64,000 bases of DNA from a bacterium (GTDB lineage: Bacteria > UBA8248). The DNA lies in the NCBI GenBank assembly GCA_965207065.1, contig OZ242260.1:3104001-3168000 (forward strand). Direction: 5' to 3'. Each line of letters begins with the position of its first letter. The first letter of the stretch is position 1. Made by a program: the position numbers and the translations under genes. Shown here piece after piece: positions 23,635 to 32,149 of this stretch. Under the pieces are notes generated by a model that had not been told where the DNA came from, did not search any database, and saw only the letters and a list, made by a program, of their open reading frames with translations.

Positions 23635-23890
23635 GTAGCCGGCCAGGTTCCTGCGCCTGTCTTCACGAAAAGAGTTTTCTGTCGGGCTCCCCCAAACGAG
23701 CGGGCACAGGGGCCCGCTCCTACGGGTTCGTTGAGTAACGCGAGAGGTTCGTAGGGGCGGACCGGTGTGTCCGTCCTTGGGTGTTCGATCTCATCAGATG
23801 CCTCATCAAATCGTAGGGACAGGCCCCCGTGCCTGTCCGCTAAGGGCCTGCGATACCACCGTGTTTTCGTTTCTTTCGTAGGGGTTGCAT
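23635..23890. repeat. Cluster of GTAG-type REP hairpins
   Basis: GTAG-led imperfect hairpins at 23635, 23751 and 23813, a partial copy at 23878, and a reverse-oriented copy at about 23698-23723 ending in CTAC. Confidence 0.75.
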
Positions 23891-24235
23891 ATGGGGTTGT
23901 TGGAAAACCCTGTTTCGAAACCGAGCGCCTTTGACGCTCCCTCATCGGTCACATCAAACTCACGACTTGCTTGGCCGCCGTATTGTCCTCACCCTGAGTA
24001 GCCGCCGAAGGTAAAACGCGACTGAGAAAGGAGCAATGACATTGTAATTAATCCGTCTATTTGTCAGTCGCACGCATGAACGCCTCATAATACGATAACT
24101 ATTTGATTATATTCAGTTATTTATCATACTGTCGCTTCAGTTCCCCCTTGTGTTTTCGCCATACGTATGCTTTAATACATCCCGTATTGATGCCATACGT
24201 ATGCGTTTTGATTACATGTTTCACCGGGAGGGACC

Positions 24236-25432
24236 ATGCCCAGAAGAAGCGAACTCAAAATTACCAAGCGCACGGTCGACGCGCTGAACGTCGAGGCGGG
24301 GGACGCCCTCTTCTGGGACCGGGAGCTGGCCGGCTTCGGGGTGCGGGTCCACGCCACGGGCAGGAAAGTCTACGTGGTGCAGTCCCGTGGACCTGGAGGG
24401 CCGAAGAGGGTCACCCTGGGCCGGCACGGCGAGATGCCGGCGGATGAGGCGAGGAGGCGCGCAGCCCTCGTCATCGACCGGATCAAGCGGGGCGAGGACC
24501 TTGAGCCAAGGCCACCCGTGGCGGAACTCACGGTAGCCGGCCTGGCCGAGCGCTTCATGCGGGTCCACGTCGGCGTGCACTGCAAGCCGGGCACCGCGGC
24601 GGGGTACCGCTCCGTGCTCGATGGACACATTCTGCCGGCGCTGGGAGAAATGCCGGCGGCTGCGGTCGGGCGGGGGGAAGTCTCGGCGCTGCACCACCGG
24701 CTCCGGAGCACGCCCATCCGGGCGAACGCGGCGGTGGACCTTCTGTCCGAGATGTTCTCGCTGGCCGGGGCGTGGGAACTGACTCCGCCCGGACGCAACC
24801 CGTGCCGGGGGTTGAGACGCTACAGGACGCGTCCGCGCGAGCGGTTCTTGAGCGATGAGGAGTTCCGTCGTCTGGGCCGTGCGCTCAAGGACGCGGAGGG
24901 GACGACCTGGCCGCCCGCGCTCGCGGCGATCAGGTTGTTGATCCTGACCGGGTGCCGGAGGGGCGAGATACTCGGGCTGCGCTGGGAGGACGTGGACCGC
25001 ACGGCCGGCGAGTTGAGGTTGCGCGACGCAAAGACGGGCCCGCGCATGGTTCCCCTGACGACGCCCGTGCTGGAGGTGCTGGACGGCATCCCCCGCTCGC
25101 CTGAGAACCCGTGGGTGATCGCGGGACAGAAGGCAGGGAGTCGCCTGTCGAACCTCTACCACTACTGGGAGCCTATCCGGGAGCGGGCCGGGCTCGGTGA
25201 CGTGCGGATTCATGACCTGCGCCACTCGTATGCCAGCCGCGCCCTGGCGCTGGGCGAGGGTCTGCCCGCGATCGGCAGGCTGCTCGGACACTCGAAGGTG
25301 TCGACCACGGCGCGTTACGCGCACCTGATGAGGGACGCCGAGAAGACGGCGGCCGCCCGCGTGGGCGAGAGCATCGGGGCCCACATCGTCTCGCGCAAAG
25401 GCGTAAAAGAAGGAATGAACGGAGATGGCTAG
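24236..25432 (+). CDS. Tyrosine integrase with N-terminal arm-binding domain
   Basis: WDRELAGFGVRV arm domain; TGCRRGEI, KTG, HDLRH, LGH, TARYAH. Confidence 0.93.
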   Translation: MPRRSELKITKRTVDALNVEAGDALFWDRELAGFGVRVHATGRKVYVVQSRGPGGPKRVTLGRHGEMPADEARRRAALVIDRIKRGEDLEPRPPVAELTVAGLAERFMRVHVGVHCKPGTAAGYRSVLDGHILPALGEMPAAAVGRGEVSALHHRLRSTPIRANAAVDLLSEMFSLAGAWELTPPGRNPCRGLRRYRTRPRERFLSDEEFRRLGRALKDAEGTTWPPALAAIRLLILTGCRRGEILGLRWEDVDRTAGELRLRDAKTGPRMVPLTTPVLEVLDGIPRSPENPWVIAGQKAGSRLSNLYHYWEPIRERAGLGDVRIHDLRHSYASRALALGEGLPAIGRLLGHSKVSTTARYAHLMRDAEKTAAARVGESIGAHIVSRKGVKEGMNGDG

Positions 25433-26594
25433 ACCGAAGTATCGAACGCTCTCGAGCCGGGCGGTCGGGAAGCTTGAGGTGGAAAAGGACACGGTGTTCT
25501 GGGATGGGGAACTCACCGGCTTCGGCGTCAGGGTCTATCCCACCGGAGCCAGGGTGTATATCGCCCAGGCCCGGGGACCGGAGGGTCCCAAACGTGTAGC
25601 GGTTGGCCGGCACGGGGTGATCAATGCGGAGCAGGCCAGGCGGCGCGCGGCTTTGATCATCGCCCGGGTCAAGGCCGGCGAGGAGCCGGCGCCCGAGCAG
25701 ATGAGAGCGAAGGACGGGCCGAGTGTGGCCGAGCTCGCGAAACGCTACTCCGAAGAACACCTCGCGGTGCGGTGCAAGCCGGGGACGGAGGCGCTGGTCC
25801 GCTCGGTGGTCGACAAGCACATCGTGCCGGCTTTCGGGAAGCTGCCGCTCGCGGAGGTCGAGCGTGCGCAGGTGGTGGAACTGCACCAGCGGCTGTACGA
25901 GACGCCCTCGACGGCGAACCTGGCGGTCCGCACCCTGTCCTCGATGTACCGCCTGGCGGGGGCGTGGGGACTCGTTCCCGAGGGATTGAACCCCTGCCGC
26001 TCCATCGCCAGGTATCCCGGGCGCAGGCGCGAGCGCTTCCTGACGGATGAAGAGTTCGTCCGCCTGGGAGAGACCCTCGATGAATTCGAGACGGCGGGCG
26101 GCGCGTCGGCGCCCGCGGTGGCGGCCATCCGTCTCCTGATGCTGACCGGGTGCCGGAAGAGCGAGATACTGAAATTAAGTTGGGAGGACGTGGCCCTGGG
26201 TGAGAGCGAACTGAGGCTGCCCGACACGAAGACGGGGGCAAGGGTGGTTCCGCTCTCCCCGCCTGCGGCCGCGCTCCTCGCCGGCCTGCCGCGCCTGCCC
26301 GGCAATCCCTGGGTCATACCCGGCAGGAAGCCGGGCGCGCATCTGAAGAACCTCGACGAGGCCTGGCGGGCCGTCCGGGCGCGCGCGGGTCTCCACGACG
26401 TCCGCATTCATGACTTGCGTCATTCCTACGCCAGCCGGGCGCTGGCCCTGGGCGAGGGACTGCCCATGATTGCGAAACTGTTGGGCCACGCCCACGTCGA
26501 GACCACGGCTCGCTACGCGCATCTGGCGCGCGATTCGGTGCGCGAGACAGCGGAGCGCATAGCCGTGAGCATCGCGGCCGATATAAGGGCCTGA
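25425..26594 (+). CDS. Second tyrosine integrase, paralogue of the upstream gene
   Basis: WDGELTGFGVRV; TGCRKSEI, KTG, HDLRH, LGH, TARYAH; overlaps the upstream gene by 8 nt. Confidence 0.93.
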   Translation: MARPKYRTLSSRAVGKLEVEKDTVFWDGELTGFGVRVYPTGARVYIAQARGPEGPKRVAVGRHGVINAEQARRRAALIIARVKAGEEPAPEQMRAKDGPSVAELAKRYSEEHLAVRCKPGTEALVRSVVDKHIVPAFGKLPLAEVERAQVVELHQRLYETPSTANLAVRTLSSMYRLAGAWGLVPEGLNPCRSIARYPGRRRERFLTDEEFVRLGETLDEFETAGGASAPAVAAIRLLMLTGCRKSEILKLSWEDVALGESELRLPDTKTGARVVPLSPPAAALLAGLPRLPGNPWVIPGRKPGAHLKNLDEAWRAVRARAGLHDVRIHDLRHSYASRALALGEGLPMIAKLLGHAHVETTARYAHLARDSVRETAERIAVSIAADIRA

Positions 26595-26652
26595 GGCTTG
26601 TGGACGGCGCACTCCGTCGTGGCCACAAGCTTGCGAACACCGCCTCCGCCTG

Positions 26653-26841
26653 CGGCTTCATGACCTGCGCCACTCCTTCGCGTCCAGGGCGCTGGCGCTG
26701 GGAGAGAGTCTACCCATGATCGGGAAGCTGCTCGGGCACAACCAAGTCGAGACCACGGCGCGCTACGCCCACCTGTCGCGCGAATCGGTCCGCGAGACGG
26801 CGGAACGGATCGCCGCAAGTATCGCCGAGGACATCCTGTAG
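26653..26841 (+). pseudogene. Orphan C-terminal fragment of a third integrase
   Basis: Reads RLHDLRHSFASRALALGESLPMIGKLLGHNQVETTARYAHLSRESVRETAERIAASIAEDIL*; no upstream in-frame ATG before the stop at 26584. Confidence 0.88.
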
Positions 26842-27126
26842 GGGTATTGGGAGGCGTCGCTGCAAGCTCGCGCCGGAAGCACCAGTCGGTCGGCACAAAA
26901 TTCCCCTCCCCGGTCGTGTTTGACCCTGCACCTCCACCTAATCAGGATGATGTGGATATCACATTTTTTCGCGAGGAGATCGTTTATATAACTAGTTGAC
27001 AGACAGTAGGTTATATCTAATTAACGACGATACGAAAAAGCGCTTTCCTTTACTTGTCAACACGAGCATTGATCCGTAACGACTCGCATCTAAGACTTCG
27101 CGGGATAGCGCCAGTCGGGTCATGCG

Positions 27127-28002
27127 TCAGCGCCGAAACCTTACAGCCCATGACGCTTCAATATCTTCCTCGTCGTCTTCAATCTCATCCGGCGGCTCCA
27201 TGCCAGTGAGGACGGTGAGTGTCTTGCCGTAACGGCCCAAGCCAACTACTTCTTCGACAACCTCCTGTCGGTACGGCCCACTGAACCAGTCCTGAAGGTC
27301 GGACGTGCCACTGGCACGTACCGCACACTCGACATTGCTTCTGTCGGCGTTGAAGGTGGCCGTAATGCTGCCAGTGGGCAGCGGTGTGCCTTTGCTTATC
27401 CAGTCTAGGTCGGGAAAGTCCATCAGGGGCTCAGACATGAAGGCGTAGTCGACGATTCGGCCTTCGCTTCTGATTACCGCCACCGGGTCACGGTTGATTT
27501 GAGCGCAGCGGATCGCTGTTGCCTCCAGAGATGTCCCGCAAACATCGGCCAGCGTCTCGATTGCTTCCAGGCCATCGCCCGCACGCCTCGCTGCAGCCGT
27601 GAATAACTTCGTCGGCATTAGCAGCGCCGCCGCGAATTGGTCGGCTTCTTGCTCATAGCGTTCGGAACTCTGGAAGCCGGCATGGGATACATGCTGGCCG
27701 CGTTTATCAAAGACCGAATCCAGATGCCCGGGTAGCCAATAGTGGCCGATCTCATGTCCGATCGAAAAGTTTATAAAGCCTTCGCTGTCCACGTGTGTCG
27801 GGTAGCAGATGCCGAATTGGCCACTAACGTGCACCAGCATGCCGGATGCCCCACCGGAATTGGCCGGTAACGGCCGTAACTCAATGTCGAGTCGACGGGC
27901 GATTTCGAACGGGTTGATAGGGAGCGCGTCAATTTCCAACTCCTTAAGGAGCCGCGCTGCCTCCCAGTGAACCTTGATAAACGGGTCTGACCGGCGTGAC
28001 AT
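27127..28002 (-). CDS. ImmA/IrrE-family metallopeptidase (CapP-like)
   Basis: FSIGHEIGH (HExxH), EQEADQFAAALLMP; directly downstream of an XRE gene and divergent from CBASS. Confidence 0.88.
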   Translation of the reverse strand: MSRRSDPFIKVHWEAARLLKELEIDALPINPFEIARRLDIELRPLPANSGGASGMLVHVSGQFGICYPTHVDSEGFINFSIGHEIGHYWLPGHLDSVFDKRGQHVSHAGFQSSERYEQEADQFAAALLMPTKLFTAAARRAGDGLEAIETLADVCGTSLEATAIRCAQINRDPVAVIRSEGRIVDYAFMSEPLMDFPDLDWISKGTPLPTGSITATFNADRSNVECAVRASGTSDLQDWFSGPYRQEVVEEVVGLGRYGKTLTVLTGMEPPDEIEDDEEDIEASWAVRFRR

Positions 28003-28365
28003 TTACTCCCCTTTCGGCTTCTTTTTCTTCGCCTTACTTGCCAGCATCTGAATAAAACTGTCGGCCATCTCTTGATATTCGGTGGACAGGCCAGCGTAGT
28101 GCCGATGGAGTTGGTCGGCGCTGACAGCTGAGCCATCGATCTCGTTGGTACGTCCAAGCAGATAGTCCGTCGTTACACGCAGCGCATCGGCAATGCGCTT
28201 CAGATTGTCGAAGGACGGCTTGCGCGTTCCTGTCTCAAAGTGGGAGATGGCCGAAGCCTGAAGATCCGCACGCTTCGCTAGTTCGCCCTGGCTGAGTTCC
28301 CTGAACTCCCGCGCCGCGCGTAGCCGCTTTTTGAATATATCGGTTGGTCTGGTTGACTTGTCCAT
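28003..28365 (-). CDS. XRE-family HTH regulator (CapH-like)
   Basis: LSQGELAKRA, ISHFETGTRKPS, IADALRVTTDYLLGR. Confidence 0.9.
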   Translation of the reverse strand: MDKSTRPTDIFKKRLRAAREFRELSQGELAKRADLQASAISHFETGTRKPSFDNLKRIADALRVTTDYLLGRTNEIDGSAVSADQLHRHYAGLSTEYQEMADSFIQMLASKAKKKKPKGE

Positions 28366-28387
28366 TACGATTCCGTATACTATTATA

Positions 28388-28448
28388 TGACGTATTCGAT
28401 ATTACTGTTGGATGCTTTCTTTCAGCAAGTTCAGTGACGAATTCGTCA
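28388..28448. promoter_or_regulatory. Candidate operator sites in the divergent capH/CBASS promoter
   Basis: Perfect palindrome TGACGAATTCGTCA at 28435-28448 and a degenerate copy TGACGTATTCGATA at 28388-28401. Confidence 0.55.
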
Positions 28449-28489
28449 TAGTATGAAATACATTTTCAATAAACACAAGGAGACAACAC

Positions 28490-28723
28490 ATGAGCAAGAG
28501 ACCCAAGACCCACCATGTCGTTCCGAACACTAGTGGGGGCTGGGACGTGAAACGCGGCGGTGCCAGTCGCGCCAGTAGCCACCATGACACAAAGCGGGAG
28601 GCCATCGATCGCGGTCGCGAGATCAGCCGTAATCAGGGGTCCGAGTTCCGTATCCACAACAAGGATGGGCGGATCGCCAGGAGTGACAGCCACGGTGGCG
28701 ACCCTTACCCGCCCAAGGGCTAG
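28490..28723 (+). CDS. DUF2188 family protein
   Basis: HHVVP..GGWDVKRGGASRAS...TKREAI...IHNKDGRI; AGGAG RBS. Confidence 0.85.
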   Translation: MSKRPKTHHVVPNTSGGWDVKRGGASRASSHHDTKREAIDRGREISRNQGSEFRIHNKDGRIARSDSHGGDPYPPKG

Positions 28724-28742
28724 GGAAGGAGAGCATCTACCG

Positions 28743-30281
28743 ATGAGGGTACCAAAACACATCGAAGAGCTGCTAGAAGACTTAGCGGAATCCCTTCAAA
28801 TTCCGCCAAGCCGTTATGAAGCGGCGGAGCGCAGTTACAAATCAGTGGGTGACTGGCTGCAGAGGGAGACTTCCACCCTACGCAGTGCCAATCCTCAAGT
28901 ATATATCCAGGGCTCTTTCCAACTTGGCACAGCGATCCGTCCCATTTCGGACGCCGAGGATTACGACGTGGACCTCGTCTGCGAGGTGTCCGCATCAAAG
29001 GCCCTACAGACTCAAGCGCAGCTAAAGGCCGACTTGGGTTACGAACTCGCGGCGTATGCCGAAGCCCACAAGCTGGACGAACCCGAAGAAGGTCGGCGAT
29101 GCTGGACGCTGAACTACGCCGACAGCGCGCAATTCCACTTGGATACCCTCGTCGCGATTCCAGACGCCGTCCGCAAGCGGCTTTTGCTCGAACAAAGCGG
29201 GCTTTCAACGCAGTGGTCGGAGACGGCCATCGCGATTACCGACCGAGAACATCCAATGTACCGCCAGATTTCGGAGGATTGGCCGCACAGCAACCCGAAG
29301 GGCTACAGCAACTGGTTCCATTCGCGTATGGCCGAAGTGTTTAACGCGCGCCGTCAGATGCTTGCAATGGAGGCGCGTGCGAGCGTCGAGGACATACCCG
29401 AATACGAAGTGCGGACACCGCTCCAGTACGCCATTCAGATCCTAAAACGGCACCGCGATATGATGTTTGTGGATCATCCTGACGATAAACCGATCTCAAT
29501 CATCCTGACCACGTTGGCGGCGAATGCGTATCAGCAGGAAACGTCCCTCGTCGGCACGCTCTACAACATCCTGCAACATATGGACAGCTTCATTGAAGAC
29601 CGCGACGGTGTGGCGTGGATCGCAAATCCGGCGGACCCCGCCGAAAACTTTGCGGACAGGTGGCAGCAGTACCCCGAGCGCAAACGTGCCTTCTATGACT
29701 GGCTCGAACAGGTGCGCACTGACTTCGCCAATGCGGCTGCAGCTATGAGCCGCGACTCCGCTCTCGCAGGCCTCCAGCCGCACTTCGGCAAACGCCTGAT
29801 TGAAGCTGCTCAGGCGCACCGACAGAGCATCAGGGGTGGTGCGCTCAAGACGCTGTTTTCCAGTCTAGGATCGGCAGCGAAGAGCATTCTTAACCCGTCA
29901 CATCGGCAACGTCCACCATGGGATCTAGTGACACAAGGGGATGTACAGATTAAGCGCGCAATTGTTGATCGCAACGGGTTTCGACCGCATGAATTTGCTA
30001 GTAATGGATCGGCGCTGACCAAGCACGCAAACCTTAGGTTCGAAGCGGACACGAACGTGCCGAAGCCATACAAGGTTTACTGGCAGGTGGTGAACACCGG
30101 ACGGGAGGCTGAAAGCGCAGGCGGACTTCGTGGCGGGTTCGACGAGACCATCATTACAGCTGGCAAGCTGATGCGGAAGGAGAATACTTTATATACTGGC
30201 CAGCACAGCATCGAGTGCTTTATCGTCAAGAACAACCTCCTCGCCGCCCGCAGTGGTCAGTTCATCGTTAACATCCAATAG
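28743..30281 (+). CDS. CBASS CD-NTase (SMODS nucleotidyltransferase) with C-terminal AGS-C domain
   Basis: QGSFQLGT, DYDVDLV, FHLD, SNPKGY, KPISIILTTL; C-terminal YWQVVNTG...LRG...YTGQHSIECF. Confidence 0.9.
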   Translation: MRVPKHIEELLEDLAESLQIPPSRYEAAERSYKSVGDWLQRETSTLRSANPQVYIQGSFQLGTAIRPISDAEDYDVDLVCEVSASKALQTQAQLKADLGYELAAYAEAHKLDEPEEGRRCWTLNYADSAQFHLDTLVAIPDAVRKRLLLEQSGLSTQWSETAIAITDREHPMYRQISEDWPHSNPKGYSNWFHSRMAEVFNARRQMLAMEARASVEDIPEYEVRTPLQYAIQILKRHRDMMFVDHPDDKPISIILTTLAANAYQQETSLVGTLYNILQHMDSFIEDRDGVAWIANPADPAENFADRWQQYPERKRAFYDWLEQVRTDFANAAAAMSRDSALAGLQPHFGKRLIEAAQAHRQSIRGGALKTLFSSLGSAAKSILNPSHRQRPPWDLVTQGDVQIKRAIVDRNGFRPHEFASNGSALTKHANLRFEADTNVPKPYKVYWQVVNTGREAESAGGLRGGFDETIITAGKLMRKENTLYTGQHSIECFIVKNNLLAARSGQFIVNIQ

Positions 30282-30293
30282 GGATGCGCACAC

Positions 30294-31373
30294 ATGAAGA
30301 ACCATGCCAACCATTTCATCCGGTCTTTTACCGACTGGCTGTTTCGTCCACGTCATCCAGCCGTGTATCTAGTGAGGGGCGGTATAGCCCTCCTATTCCT
30401 ACTGATCGCCGGATGGGCATTCTCGGTTTCGATTCCGACTCAGTATGGCCCGTTCTCGATACGCTTCGACAGCGAAGGTGGTACTCCGACCCTGATCAGT
30501 TACTGCCTGTTGCTACTTGCTATTGGCCTCTTTGTTTTCGCCTTCGTCTGGTACAGAACTGACCAAAAGCGAATCTTACGGAAGAAAGTCATTGTCGTTG
30601 AGGCCCGTGGACTGAGAGATACAGGTGGCACTCCGCTCCATGAGGCCCTGCCAGAGAAGCTGGAAGGCCACCGTGACCAAGTGCCATTAGACCTGCGACA
30701 GCAGGTGAAGGACGGCGTTATCATCGATCCTCGCGCTGCGCTCGACAAGCTCATTTCTCTCCCCAACGATCTTAAACGCCGGGAGAGCGACCATGACCGG
30801 CGCGATATCACCTACGTCTACGGAGGATTGGCATCCGTTCCTTTCACATTCCTTACGGGTGTACTCATGGACGACGAAGGCCCAATCGTCGTGATGGACT
30901 GGGATCGGCATACAGAAAAGTGGCGAGTGCTGGATGGCGACGACGACGGCGAGCGTTTCACGATTATTGGCAATGATGCTGTTCAGTCATGTCCGATGGA
31001 AATTGCACTGGCAGTCTCGGTGTCCTATCGCGTTGATATCTCTGGCGTGAGAGAGAAAGTCGTCGATATGCCAGTCGTGGAAATGGTGTTGGCATCCGGC
31101 TCACCTGACTGCCATTGGTCCGAAGATAAGCAGAAAGCATTGGGGCAACAGTTTCTGGACTTGGTCATTGCGTTTGGCAATCACGGCGTCAAGCACGTCC
31201 ATCTCTTTCTGGCAGCACAGAACAGCGTGGTGTTCCGGTTTGGGAGGCTTTACGATAGGCGCAACTTACCGGAAATAACCGCTTACCAATACCAACGCGA
31301 GGAAACGCCACCATACCCGTGGGGCATCAGAATGCCCGTGAGTGGCATCGAAAAACCAGAACTTGTCCAGTAG
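30294..31373 (+). CDS. 2TM-SAVED CBASS effector (Cap14-like)
   Basis: Two N-terminal TM helices; GLASVPFTFLTG, VSVSY, HLFLAAQNS, YPWG SAVED-type motifs. Confidence 0.87.
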   Translation: MKNHANHFIRSFTDWLFRPRHPAVYLVRGGIALLFLLIAGWAFSVSIPTQYGPFSIRFDSEGGTPTLISYCLLLLAIGLFVFAFVWYRTDQKRILRKKVIVVEARGLRDTGGTPLHEALPEKLEGHRDQVPLDLRQQVKDGVIIDPRAALDKLISLPNDLKRRESDHDRRDITYVYGGLASVPFTFLTGVLMDDEGPIVVMDWDRHTEKWRVLDGDDDGERFTIIGNDAVQSCPMEIALAVSVSYRVDISGVREKVVDMPVVEMVLASGSPDCHWSEDKQKALGQQFLDLVIAFGNHGVKHVHLFLAAQNSVVFRFGRLYDRRNLPEITAYQYQREETPPYPWGIRMPVSGIEKPELVQ

Positions 31374-32149
31374 CCCATGACTCCTATCAAAGCATCTGAG
31401 TGAGTATTTTGTTGAAAGACAGATATTGAGGTCCTGCATCAATGGACACTCAATAGCGACGCAAATACGCTACTCTCCCCGCCAAATCACCATACCACTC
31501 ATCGACCATCCCCTGCAGAGGATGTCGGAACGATCATATCTTCACCCAAAAGTCATAGATGGATTAGTGGTCGATGCCGCTGGGGCGACAACCCTTAAGG
31601 AGACTGAATTTTGCCATCAGAACTCCTCCTACGAACAACCAGAAGATGTTCACCGAAACATGTCAACTCTATGCCGAAAGTAGCGCTGAGGATGCTGGAC
31701 ATGTCATCAGGACCGAGTTTTGTGAGCCGTTTCGATTCTGATAGACATTATCTGTGGACTCGCCGGTAGCGACTGAAACCCCACAGCGTATTAGAACGTA
31801 CGACTTAGTTATTTGTCTCGGGGCCGTCGCCCTCAATCAAGTCGAGCAACAAGTTCCTCTATCCAATCTGATCGGGCGCAGACACCATCGCAGCTCTCAA
31901 CATGAGTCCAACCGGCTAAGAAGGTGGCGAGAAGGTATACCGGCCCGCACTACTATTCGTAAGCCTTCACCCCTCGATGAACCTCACCGACAACGAAGGA
32001 CCTGAAGCCTGAGTAGCGATTCATTGCTCAATTCCTTAAGCCTTGCTTCTCCCCGCCAAGAGGCCGAGCCGGGCGGGGCGAGGGCGAAGCCGGGAAGGTC
32101 CGAGAGGGTTCCCGGTACGTTCCTATCTCATCTACAGGAGGATATTCAT

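Noticed and set aside
23900-24235. tRNA/tmRNA or dif attachment site next to the integrases
   Set aside because: No cloverleaf, T-loop or convincing dif consensus was seen, and no matching direct repeat was found by eye at the right end.
28560-28742. Long N-terminal extension of the CD-NTase in the ORF track
   Set aside because: It overlaps the DUF2188 gene; the RBS and the domain start support the ATG at 28743.
31426-32005. Short ORFs downstream of CBASS as ancillary cap genes
   Set aside because: No E1/E2, JAB, HORMA or nuclease motifs and no clear RBS.
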